Source: Glaucostegus cemiculus
Taxonomy: Eukaryota
DNA: 64,000 nt
NCBI GenBank assembly: GCA_976551045.1
Contig: CDPCPM010000275.1
Span: forward strand, 3,844,001-3,908,000
Direction of reading: 5' to 3'
The notes under the pieces were generated by a model. It worked only from the letters and a program-made list of their open reading frames with translations, searched no databases and had not been told where the DNA came from. The stretch's first letter is position 1; every line of letters begins with the position of its first letter. A program made the position numbers and the translations under genes. Shown here in pieces: positions 12,219 through 24,688 of the stretch.

Positions 12219-12299
12219 ATGAAATTTGGTCTTCAGCGGTTTTGAGTTGGTTTTTGAGATGAAATTTGGTCTTCAGCTGGTTTTGAGTTGGTTTTTGAG
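12219..12299 (+). repeat. tandem duplication, 2 x ~40 bp
   Basis: ATGAAATTTGGTCTTCAGC(T)GGTTTTGAGTTGGTTTTTGAG occurs twice. Confidence 0.93.
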
Positions 12300-12364
12300 A
12301 GGGCCACATCAGAAGAGTCATGCTGAACCAGTCAGAGATATATGTTATTAAAGTGAAATTTAAA

Positions 12365-12488
12365 AATAACTGTAAATGCTGGAAATTAAAACAAAAGCAG
12401 AAAATGCTGGAAATACTCAGCAGGTCGGGCTGCATCTGTGCAAAGATGTGGCCTGATCTGCTGAGTATTTCCAACATGTTCAGTTTTT
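12365..12488. mobile_element. fold-back of two Penelope-like/SINE 3' tails
   Basis: The two arms carry the chondrichthyan repeat motif GATGCTGCCTGACCTGCTGAGTATTTCCAGCAT in opposite orientations. Confidence 0.75.
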
Positions 12489-12624
12489 GCTAGTTTTGTA
12501 ATGTGTGTTTGAAATGGAATTTTTTGGATTCATTCATACCAAGTTTTACATACTTCAAGTTTAACAACTTGCTTCTACAATTGAATTCAATGGTTATCCT
12601 TCAATCAATGTCACAAAAAAACTC

Positions 12625-12797
12625 ATTATCCAATCATTATCACTTTGCTATTTGTGGGACCTTACTGTGAGCAAATTGGCTGCCACATTTCCCACATTAT
12701 TACAATCACTAAACTTCAAACGAAGGAATTCATTCATTGAAAGCACTTTGGAATGCCCTCAAGTCATGAAAGGTGCCATATAAATTCAAGCTTTCTT
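12625..12797 (+). mobile_element. DeuSINE (SacSINE1/AmnSINE1-like) 3' part
   Basis: TTGCTATTTGTGGGACCTTACTGTGAGCAAATTGGCTGCC...AAAGCACTTTGG...AAAGGTGCCATATAAATTCAAG matches the recalled Deu-SINE consensus. Confidence 0.75.
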
Positions 12798-14778
12798 ATA
12801 ATATGTGAGAAGCATTACTTCTAGTCTCAAAGTGCTGTCATGGAATCACATTATTCATTCAAACCAATTTCCATCTGAATTACCTTCAGTATTTTTAAAA
12901 TCCATTAGACATTACCATTTAAAAGCACACACTCCTGGGCAGGAGTTATGTTCTTCACAGCTACAGTTCCCAAATCCACTCCTGGCCAGTGTCTAGTGAC
13001 ACAACAGATTTTGTTTTTGAAGTATTGAAAATTACAATAACTTTCAGCCCCGTTTGTATATGAAGACCATTTGTAACCACACTCTGATGAAAAAGATCAA
13101 TGAATGTTGCCCATCCTTCATGTCCTATGCAAGGTCTGGTATAATGACTCAGATTCATTTTATTTCTGTTTTGTATGATGTTAGAATTTTTATTGCTTTT
13201 CCTTTTCACTTTGGCTTTAGCTATTCTGTAGCACCACTGGCAAGATGCCTTGGGCTAATTACTTTCCAGCTTTGGTCAGCTGAAAAGCATAGGAACCAGC
13301 TTGCTTTCAAGTTGCATTCTTCCATCTGGAACCCCTCATATTCTCTTTGCTTTTCTTCTGCATCTGATCCTTATGTGGCCTCTTGTAGAACTTCTCTAAC
13401 CAACAGGAAAACTCTGTGCCCGTACCAAAGCTATATTTTATTTAATTTTATTTGCTTGGGTTAAAATGACAAGTGAAAAGTTAATCTGGACTTTTATTAC
13501 TCCCAAATGGCAAGCAACCTTTTCAAACATTTTGTCAGTAAAAACTGCATTATATTGCTGTACCAATCATAAGGAGAGTTAAGTTTATGTTCTTTCTCTT
13601 CCTGAATTTTTGTTGAATTTCAGTTTTTTACTAGGTTGAATAGGGACTTGCATTTCTGTTAGTATGCAGTTCAGCTCAATTCACACCAGATCAGCCAAAC
13701 TAATGTAAGAAAATGAGTAACTTCAAATGTAGGGAAATCCAGTTTCCACAATCTTTTGTGCTAGTTGAAAATACATTGTGCTGGAGTCCGACCTCACCTA
13801 CAACAATGCCACATGCCTACAGTGAACTAACTAACCTTGCAGCTTCCCAGGAATTGCTCCATGTATGCATCATCCAAAAGGATCTTAATTATTTTTGGAA
13901 GGGCTCTAGTAGGTGTATTTTAAATGCTTTAAAAGATTTCTTTTTAAATCTTCTAAGTAATTGACTACTGTGCATCAATGTAACCAGTTGTGTAATACTT
14001 TCAGTGCCACCTTCAGTTATTAAAATTGGATTGCAGGGAGAGGAAAAGACTGATTAAAATGCTTACTCTTTGTGCAACATAAATATATTTTTAGCTGTAA
14101 TAATAAAAAGGCACCATTAACTATTCTTAAATCTAAATATGCAAGGGAATTTCCAAAAATTTACGTAGATTGCTTCTTGATTAGGCTGGTTCGTGAAAGA
14201 TTCCATGTTAAATGATATGCAAGTGAACTTGAGCAGAAATTTGAGCCAAAAATAGACTTCTTATATGTTGGGCAATCTTGAGCACAATTTATGCCCAAAT
14301 TGCCAATTATGTCCAAAACAGGAACTCTTGGCTGAGTTAACTTCCTGTGATGCAGATCTATCCTCCATTGGTAATGCTCAAAAGATTTTTCAGGACAAGA
14401 TTGCAAATTACACAAAAGTGCTAATTTTATTTTTCTTTTTTCAAGGAGATGTTAATTAGTTAGAATGTTAATTATTAAAACTCTGCGAATAATTTGCATA
14501 TCCTTAACTATACTTCAGAATCATGCAATAATCAGTTTGAGGGAGACAGCTACACTGCTCTATTCTGGCATGAAAGCACATACTCCCTTCTTTGGATAAT
14601 ATGTAAAATGTGCAACTATTCCGATTATGAAACTACTAAAACCCTTCAAGATTCCCCACAGATAGCAATGACATTATGGAGGAAATAGGTTATTACGCTG
14701 ATTTGAATTTGTCTTTTGTTTAAATTCAGGTGATTGATTTACTCTTCTGCATTGAAGCCATTTATGTTTTTTTATTAG

Positions 14779-15071
14779 GAAGCCGAGAAACCGCCTTCAC
14801 TTATGGGATTTCTGCTGCTGGAGTGGTGCATGCTATCAGCCGAGCTTGTCGTGAGGGGGAGCTGGCCACATGTGGCTGCAGTCGTGCTGCAAGGCCCAAG
14901 GATTTACCACGTGACTGGCTATGGGGTGGCTGTGGAGATAATGTAGAGTATGGCTACAGGTTTGCAAAGGAGTTCGTGGACGCCAGGGAGAGGGAGAAGA
15001 TCTATCAGAAAGGAACTTATGATAGTGCCAGGACATTTATGAATCTGCATAACAATGAAGCTGGAAGAAGG
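14779..15071 (+). CDS. wnt5a: Wnt5a exon 4
   Basis: ttag|GA acceptor and AGG|GTAAAT donor, 293 nt. Translates GSRETAFTY...[10 protein letters not shown]...[11 protein letters not shown], the canonical Wnt domain motifs. Confidence 0.98.
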
Positions 15072-18000
15072 GTAAATCATCTTTCATTTTTTTTTATTTA
15101 TGATATAAAGTTCTAAAGTTCATCTATAGAAATAGATTGAAAATGTATTAATTAATTTTCAGAGCTTTTAACTTGTATTTTATAATTGGGAAACTATGGG
15201 ATAATGTTTATTGCATGTAAGTGGAGTATTTCAAAGCTCTTTCAGATGAGCTGGGATATTCAAACATGTCCACATTACCAATTCTATTTCTATGAATGTG
15301 GGATTCATCTGATTGTGCATATGATCAGAAACGGTCCATGATATCAGATCTAACAATTCTAAACTGGAGTCATGAGTATGTTATAAGGTTGATTCATTTG
15401 GGTTTTATTTTTCATAAAACATTGCTGCTAAATCAGGCACAAATTTCTCCTACTGTATTTAAAGTCAATTTAATCTTATTATACTTTACTGGACAAAGTG
15501 CTAGTACTTGGTTCTGAAGTAGAAGAGGGATGAAACCTATTGTTTATGAATATCAGTCTCTATTTGTATTGTTTAGGGATATATTACTGACAATTGCACT
15601 CCAGAAAGGCTGGAGGATTATGAGCAGAAGTGTTAGAAAAGTCAAAGGAGAACACTTAAAGTACTCTTGAAAGAATTTTTGCTGGCAGGTTTAGTTATTT
15701 GAACAGGAAGGAGCAGGGTATAATATAGATGCATAGGAGGCAGTGAAAATGCTTACATAGAGATTTGGGGATGGTAGCTGGTGGTTTGTTTTGGTGATGA
15801 TACACACAGGTATGTGTTGGAAACCTCATTAATTGAGATTTCACCTGTTCTTTTGGGAACATTTCTTTCTGAACTGACTGCACCAGAAGAAGACAATCAA
15901 CCAATTTTCAGCTTGTGGCATCTTGCTGTACATATATTGGTTGTCACATTTAATCACATAATAGTAATTACATTCTAACATCAGTTGTAATATTCTCTTG
16001 CTTTGCAATTGAAGAATATATGAAAAATGGAAGAAAACAATCAAAAATATTGACTCTATGTTTTTAATGCACCCACTTCAAGTGATCTATTCTTCAAATA
16101 CAATATTCAAATAGTTTTGTACTTCACTGATTTCAAAATTCTCAATAAAGATGAGGATAGCAGATTGTTTTAGAGGTTCTTCTTTGCTTTGTACTAAAGT
16201 ATTGAGAAAATCTAATTGATTTTGGCAAGAGCAGAAGTTGTTCAAATTTCAACATTACAATTGTTTTTACATTTCTCTTTTATTCAAGCCAAATAGTTTA
16301 TACTTTGTCTCTAGGTGCACTAATGTGTATAACCAACTTCTAAATGATTGAGTCTGGACCTTGCACTGACTGGTGTAATCCCTGGCAGTGAGATATGGTC
16401 CAAAACTCAAAAAGGCCTATATGAGTGAGTTGCTTACAATAGTTTTTTACGATATTTAAATAGATTTTTTTCTATATGTCTGTACTTTAATCATACCCAT
16501 AGGCCCACTGTTTGGAAACACCATTGCGGTAAGAAGAATGTGTTCCTCATTTTCATGCCACTACACATTTGTACCGTACATACACTTCTCAAACCCAACA
16601 TACCTTTTAGTTGAGCCAGAGAAATGCTGAAAAGGTTAATGTATTGAAAGTTAATAGAAGCATAAAGGGTCAATTGTATGAAATTTCCAACAAGAAGTAG
16701 CCTTGACTAACAAGAGGACAAGCTCCATAATTTTCTTTTCATCCTAGATAGAAATCATGGGTGGCATTAGAGAGATTTCTTTCTATACAGGAATGATTGC
16801 ACAACCAATCCCAAATTCTTTACTAAGCCAGAATCAGAGTTAATATTCCATATGCATATTTGATATTTTGAATTGTCTGCTTTTAAAATGCAGTAGAAAG
16901 TGGGCATCAGTAAAAGCAGACCAAGGTAACAGTGTTGTAAAAATCAAGCTGATTCACTTTAGTCCTTTAGTCCATCCATCCTTATTCAATGTGGCTTATG
17001 ACTTAATACTCATGCAGCAACATGGGTTATCTCTTAAGTACCTACCCTCCAAATTGGTCTAACAAGTTATTCAACTACATCAACAGATCCTTGCACCATG
17101 CAGACTACATTGGTTCAAGAAAGTCGCCTCTACCACTTCCTCAGGCCATGTTAATAAATTTTATGCCAGCATATCTTCAGAATGTCCAAGTTGCCTGCTA
17201 GAAATGGGCATTTACAAAACTAGTCTCAATATGCAAAATGGTTCAAAAATTGATATGTGGGCAAGGGCTCCTCAAATAAAGAATATGTGATTCTGTGCTG
17301 GCACTTTGGGTGTTTAGAAGATTTAGTCTTCGTCTAAAGCCTTTGCATAAAGTTATTTCTAACATCTAATTAAAAGCAGCTAATATTAACCTCTTTAGTC
17401 ATATTATTGCTAATTTTTTATTATTTACTGACTTTGGGGAAAATGTCACAATATGGCATGATATGATTTAAGTATATTTACACAAATGGTTTATACAAAA
17501 TTCTGTTGTCCAATCTTTTTAATGGCATTGCTAAGCCATTTGAATGCTGTTTTTCCACGCAACTGACAGCTAGGGTTCTACAGGGTGCTGTAGAGTCAAT
17601 ATCGGTATATTCAGGTTGACTTGATATGAAAATGGCATCCAGAACAAGGAAATGTATGTTACTGATAAGTGAATTGTGGCACCTCTAGTTATTTGATAGC
17701 GCATGAATAAGTAAACTCTGCTGCAGTGTTATAAGAGTTAAGATTTATTATTGCTTTAGAGAACTAAAATAGCTTTGTTTTCTTGTATGGTTTAGGTTAT
17801 CTGAACCTCTTGATTGGATTATCGTCTTAACTTTTCTGAGATCCATTTATTTCCTATTCAGTACAAGCTTTGTGTGCAGCAGAGTTGAATTGAAGCTGTA
17901 ATTTTATATCAGGTATAGAAGAAATTTCATCCATACTAAATGAAGCAGGTTATAATAGTAGCTTTTAGGCAACTCATGTGGATCAAGCAGCATTTGATAC

Positions 18001-18879
18001 ATGCCTGTAATCTCAAGTATATGAAAAATAGATTCTAGTGTACATGAAATAACCTGACACAAGATATTTTTCCATGAAACATTGGTATGTAAAAAAACCC
18101 AGCTGTTTGCTACTCTTTGCTCAGTTAATGAATACACAACTATTACCTTTGGCAATTCCATTCTTGTTGATTTCTCTGAGCATTCTGTTGTGTCAGCAGG
18201 CTGCATAAAAACCCTGATCATTGAGGCGTGGCCAGCTCACTAGAACAATTTTCCCTGAGTGCTGCAGTTAAACAAAATGAATCCCCTCCCATACTGATCT
18301 GTTGTTTGGGCATAATAGGCCCCCATTCTGCTTTGTATTTTCTGCATCATATGCACACGCACATTTGCGGGACAACCCAGAATGATGTCTGTATTGAAAA
18401 GGACAGAGTGGCATGTGACACTTGCACATTTTGAATGACAGACTGGCTGTGACATTAATCAGTGTGTTACACTCATTTGTTGATATTGCTGGAAACTGGT
18501 CTCCCAAAATGCAGATAAATGTGTTCAATTTGCATGGAAGAGCCAGAAGGGGAATCACAACCCCTGGCCGGTGCTATTTCAATGTATCATCAATTATTTG
18601 CAGATCTGCAGATTGTTGATGTGTCGAGAAAGACTTGATGATGTTTGCAAGCATGGTCACAGTTTCTGCAAGCTACTTGGAGTAGTTCTGCAGAAGTGAA
18701 TATTTTCCTTGTTTATTGGCTTCACCCAGAGTCTGTACCTGCCAGACACAGGGACTTCTGTGCCCATTCCTCTCAGTGTGCAGTATGGTGGGTAAAGTGA
18801 GGAGGATAGGGCAACTTATTAGTAAAAGGAGTTGGGGGAGCTGGGAAGAGGAACTGCAGGTCTACCCCCCACACCACCC

Positions 18880-19965
18880 CCAACTCCCAAGGGTGTTTTT
18901 AGGGAGCAGTGCTCCTATGAGCAATATCCGAGGAGATTCTCCTGCAGCTGCAAATGGAGCCCCAGAGCAGGTCTAGAGCTGCAGTGTCAGTGGCAGTGAA
19001 TGTCATGGTGCAAGAGATGGCAATAATGTGTTACAGTTTTCATCACACAGCAGCAATATGGAGATACCAGTTATTCCCAGCTTCATCTCCTTTCCTCTTG
19101 TTAGAGAACAGCAGACAGCAAGAGAACAAGGTCTTGCCAAGACTGCAGGCCTTCTGGTTGGGAATCATAGACTGCTCTGCATATGGACCCTGTGAAGTTC
19201 CATAACGCCAAAAGCTTGTGGTCCCTGAATATGTAGCTGGTCTGTGACCAAACTTAGATGATCTCGGCGTTGCAGTTAGATACCTGAGCAGCAATCACTG
19301 CACTTGCATTTTATGACCATCTGCTTTGACCCCCATTATTGGACCTCCATGTCAGACCAAAGGGTTGGCAATTGGAGCCAAGAGCTACACTCTCATGCGT
19401 TGGCTGCTGAGTCCAGACTGAAATTCGTACAAAAGAGCAGCAAATGCCTACAACAAGCAGCTGACTGTCACCCTAGTGTTGTTGATCAGATGACTGAATT
19501 ACTCGAACAATATTCTTACTGCATGGACTGCTCTGGAGTCATTTGCAGAACATGGCAAAGCAAGTCTACAAGTTCATGGTTGTCTGCTGTACGCTTCATG
19601 AGATAAGATAAGATATCTTCATTAGTCACGTCTACATCGAAACACACAGTGAAATGCATCTTTTGCGTAGAGTGTTTTGCGGGCAGCCCACAAATGTTGC
19701 CACACTTCCGGAACCAATATAGCATGCCCACAACTTCCAAATCTGTACATCTTTGGAATGTGGGAGGAAACCGAAGCACCCGGAGGAAACCCATGCAGAC
19801 ATGGGGAGAATGTACAAACTCCTTACAGACAGTGGCTGGAATTGAACCCGGGTCACTGGCACTGTAATAGTGGTACACTAACTGCTACACTACCATGCCT
19901 GCTGGGAATCATGACGTTTCAACCCATAACAGCAACTGCAGAGTAGAAAGAGAAGAAAGAAAAAA
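18880..19965 (+). mobile_element. fossil PIF/Harbinger DDE transposase, interrupted by a SINE
   Basis: Collinear degenerate motifs across frames: PRVF-REQCSY, PQSRSRAAVSVAVNV, PRLQ..GIIDCS, SLNM*LVCD, VRYLSSNH, GAKSYTLMRWLLSP, AYN, VVDQMTELLEQYSYCMDCSG, FMVVCCTLH. These match the HARBI1-type IDCTH / SLNVQLVCD / GDKGYPL..WLMTP / IEQTIGLLKQRFRCLD / VCC.LHN motifs. Confidence 0.8.
19601..19899 (-). mobile_element. tRNA-derived V-SINE, full length, (CTTAT)n tail
   Basis: V-domain (rc TGTGGGAGGAAACCGAAGCACCCGGAGGAAACCCA), B-box-like TTGAACCC and an ATAAG tail. Homologous to 57975-58276. Confidence 0.9.
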
Positions 19966-20782
19966 ATGCCCTGTCTGAGCTGTCTATGTCCAATCAATGA
20001 GCTGTAATTTCCACCAATCACAACCCAGTTTTCCAGTACACTACTGTTCTTATCTTTCCCCTGCTCTGGTTGACAATCACAGCATTAGCTGATCACAGAA
20101 ATAATGAAAGCCAACACCACACATCTTCACAAACTATATTCATAAATACACCACAGAAACATCTACTGATGCCCTTAGTGCCTGTCATCTGGGTACCTTT
20201 ACCCAGCCTGGTGTTCCTACTCTTGTGCCTATCCAATGGCTGCAGCATGGTTGGTGGGGGCCATTTGAGGGGCAGTGGAGGAAGTTGCAGATGGCCTGAA
20301 AGGACAACTTTGAGCAGCTCTGCCCCTAAAGGACACAGCTTCAGACTACACCTTTACACCATGAGCAGTCTGCACTTAATATCTCCTGGGCAACTTCAGG
20401 ATCACCTGCAGAGTGATAGTGGTCAAATGGTGAATACTGCTCACCTGAGAAAGATCAGCAAGTTCTTCCTCCACAGAGCTACTGGCACTCGACAATGAAT
20501 CTCAAAGTTATGGACAGAGATTGCAGTTAGGTGAGTGAAGTGGGTGTGGTGCATTGAGTGCTGCTTAAAGCTGGAGGGTGAGGAGAGGTAATGATGTAGT
20601 CTCTGCCCATGAAACATGTAAGGGTTAAATGGAGCAGAGTTGTCCATACCAGTGAGGGATTACTTCTTGTGTAGATTTTGACTGTAGACCTGGAGGGTTT
20701 TGTGGTCTGCTGCAGTAGATAACCCTTCTGTTCTTCTGATGAGATGATGAGATGAAGATATGATGAGATGGTGAGAAGATAC

Positions 20783-20944
20783 CATCATCATCATCATCAT
20801 CTCAACTGGAGCACCTGGAGGAAACCCAGGAATTTACAAGGAGAGCATTGCAGACTCTAGAGAGGCAGCACAGTGGCTCAGGAATGAGCATAGGTCACTG
20901 GAAATGTGAGGTAGCAGCTCTACGAGCTGAGTCACTGTGCCACC
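20783..20944 (-). mobile_element. degenerate V-SINE with adjacent (CAT)n
   Basis: GAGCACCTGGAGGAAACCC core and a tRNA-like head remnant. Confidence 0.6.
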
Positions 20945-23900
20945 TTACTGAATAAGGTCCAGGAGCTTGTTGATTTTCTTTTAGCCAACACTTCCCATCA
21001 AAACCTGGAGATACTGTAACTCCATTGTGACTGCAAACCACTCTGCACTATACACTTACCCAGAGTATGAAAATCTATTACTATAATGTTATGTGTAATT
21101 GAATACAGATATTAATTCCAAATTCCCAACTTTTATAATATGGGTACCAGGATATACTTACAACTGTGATAATTTCTAGAAGAAAATGTAATTGCAGAAG
21201 TCTGTCCTCTGTTAAAGTGGATTTTTGCAAGCACTTTTTCTAATGATTAACACAACACCATGAATATTGTATTTTTTATAGGTATTAATTGTTGTACCCT
21301 GCAGTTTGTTCATACTAAAGTGACTTATCTGGGTGCAAAAGTGAATTTAATAGAAATTTTCATGATAAGTGGATGCTGTGCTGGCACAGTAACTGTGAAC
21401 TCCACTATGGTGGAAACAATTGAGTTCTTTTTTAATTCCTCTAAAAAATACTCACAGGACTATACTTTAGTGTTCATAAATCAAACAGTTGGAATCCATT
21501 CTCATCACCTAACTAAGCACAAGGGCACAAATGCTATATATGGAATTCTTTTATGAGATCCAGTAATGTGTATGCATTGGAAACAATTAGATCTGCAAAC
21601 CTAGTAACTGCAATAGTTGTGTTAAAGTTTCAAAAAACAGGTATTAAATTCTGATACTAGTCTAAATCATTATTTACAATCAGCTATACTCATTTGACAA
21701 ATAAGCTGCATTTTTGTCTGGACATTTCATATTGAAAAAATTATTAACTTCAGTAACACTTTTACAAGGGAACAGCTTTTCATAGTGGATTATGCTGCAG
21801 CATTAATGGTGTCCCCAGAGGGGGCTATAGACATTTTCTGGAGGTGTGAAAGGCACCCTGCGTGCTTAGAAATGTTCAAAAGAGGAAAGAAAATGCAGCT
21901 TGATTAAATGTTTAAGTCACAACTGCACTACCATTAATTGTTCCATGTTCAGTATGGAAACTAGGCAAGATTTTATTTTTAAAGTGTTAACTTTTAAACT
22001 GTCATTGGATCTAAGAATATTCCAGTTTTTAGAGGCCAGCCATTTATAAACCAATTTTAAGTTCACCCACTTACACTTGACTACTTGAATCTAAATGCTG
22101 GCTTTACTGAAATTTGGATTTTAGACAAATGAAATAAACCATTAAATCTTTTAATAACATCAGCACAGTGTGCTCCCTTTTCCCACATTTTTTACTCTAA
22201 ACTTTGGATTACATTTAATTGTTTTAATTTGTTTCTTATCTTTTCTTTCTTCCCATTTAGACATAGTAAGTTGTAGAATTCGAGCCTTAATAAATTGCCT
22301 TTGGGTCCTGAGTAGCATAAGTTAAGACTTCTGGATCGTAAGGACAACTAGGGCGCTTTTTCCTTCTGCTATCAGAAGAACAAGATTGAATCTCACACTA
22401 CAGTAGCAAACTTGTCATACCATGATGAGAGCTCTCTGAGTTTCAGGAAGGGATAATTTAACTTCTGTTTTGCAATGTGTCATTACATTGCTAAAATAGG
22501 AAATAATTGGTTATAGTAACTTGTGCATTGTGCAATCCCATCAAAATTCATTTATCTTTTAAAAAAACTTTAATTAGATCATCATTCAACCATCAACAGT
22601 CAAGAAAATACAAAAAATGCTGATGAAATCTGCTTTCACAATTTACTGTTTAAACCCTGATTTCATTCCAGTGAATCCAGGCTGTTCCCCTTCCAAAGCC
22701 AATTTCAAGCCACATTTTGTTGAAGGCACAAAATGATCTTTGTGACACAAGCCATCATTAACATAGAAGTCTGTCAGGAAATCATAGCAGAAAGGAGATA
22801 CTCCACGACTTGCTGGATGATTGATGGTGCTGCAGTGTCAGCTTCACGGAATGGCATTTCCAATATCATTTCCATGAAGTTGCTACAATTGCACATCAGT
22901 TGCCTCAAGCTTTCCACGAAGTTAATTCTGGTGAACGATAATAAAGTGCCTTTTAGTGGCATAGTAAAAGTTAATGGCAGCCAATCAACCTCCTTTTCCA
23001 AGAGAGTGAACCATGTGGAGTGCTGTCTCACTTTTCTAGCTTGTGAATTATTTTAGGAGTTTTTAAAAATAACAAATATTTCTATTTCTGATTCTTCTTT
23101 CTTTCCCTTCTCTTAATCCAGGCTTTCTTTCAGTCACTTTTTTTCTCTTGCTAGACTTGATTAAATCGTGGGCTGGACTTAGGTAGCTATTGTTGCCACT
23201 TCTAGATGCTCCATTGCTATTTATCCATTTAATCGGCAACGTCCAGTACTTTCATGTATTCGGTGCTGCACCCGTCAGTTCACTCTGCTGTTAGTTTCCA
23301 AGTGCAATCCTTCTTATTATCAGCACTTATGGTGAGAGATTATCACTTGATCTGGCACTGTCTCTGAAATTCCATTGCTTTCAATCGGAATTGTATAAAT
23401 GAGATTTGGGAAGCTGAGGGGAAGTGAAATTACTTTTTAAAAAATTGCTTTAGTTTAATGTTTTTAATTTATGTGTTTGACAATACTTTGGATGACTATT
23501 TAAAGCAAAAACAATTTAATTTGCTTAAGTGGTTGATTTTAACGGCTTTTAAACACCTCGACATTTCAGAGACATTTAAGAATGGTTAAAAATTATACTG
23601 TCACCTTTCTCAGGTCACAAAATTGGTGACAGGCTTTTCCCAGCTGCCTAGGCTCTTGGGGTGGGGGAGGGGATTGCAAGTGCAGCTTCTTTGGTGCATC
23701 ATTGAAGCCCTTGCCTTCACAAAGACCATGTTACTGGAGTTTTGGTTACTCCAGTAACAGGGTGTGCAAATGTCAACAAAAGGGACAGCAAAATTGATCC
23801 TCTGCATCGCATGTGGGTAAGCACAGATGTGGAAGAAACAGGATGGACGGTTCCAGTACAGGGATCTGATCAGCAAAGCCTTGCCCAGTGAATATGTCTG

Positions 23901-24279
23901 GTCTAATTCATCCTCCCTTTTAGTCCTCTGTCTGTTTATTTCTTAAATCTCCTCAGCTAAGGGGATCTGTTGTTTATTCCATTATTTATCAAGCCCTGAG
24001 ATGCCCTGGTTTCTTGTTGTGCTGTTTTCCATGATCTAACTTTATGGGCAAATAATTTAAAAGTCTAAATGTGCTCAAACCCTTGCAATTAATGTTGCAT
24101 GTGACAAGTTGCCCACTCTCGCAAAATGTGGCATAATGTATCATGAGGCTCAGGGGATAAAACTAAAATCAGTGCTCATGAAAGCATCTGATAGTTGAAG
24201 CATAATTTCCTTGTTTCAGCATTCCAGTATTCTAGAGATCAAGGACAATGTTTCATTAGCATTTTTATCCCTGCATGCA

Positions 24280-24688
24280 TGGAAGGAGAAACTGTCAACG
24301 TTTCGGGTCCAGGGACCCTTCGTCACAACGGTTCATTTCAATCACTTCGAGACCAGGGAAGTGTCCTGACTGCCCAAACCCTGGGGCCCGTGGAGTTGCC
24401 AGTTTCCCAGCCCACCACCCTGCTCCCCCCACCCTCCGAACTGAACCTGTTCATGTCCCTGAACCTACAGACTCAGTTCACTGATTCAGCCACTTGCCCT
24501 TCTCCCCAGCCAAATTCTGTGGACATTTCTCAATTCTAAAGGCCAAATATTCCACCCCCATATCATCCAGACTCTTGATCCTATGGGCTCACCCACAGAG
24601 AAGAACCCATACTCACCTAGAAGCCCACAATCACCTCCCAGCTGTCCCCCTCCACAAGGGGAGGACTCACTGTAACATCCCGCTCCCA
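24280..24688 (+). repeat. inverted duplication, copy 1
   Basis: Reverse-complement match to 29333-29761, roughly >90% identical by manual alignment. Confidence 0.95.

Noticed and set aside
19830-19899. tRNA genes (also ~39175-39245, ~42040-42105, ~58205-58276)
   Set aside because: These are tRNA-derived SINE heads attached to V-domains; no complete cloverleaf.
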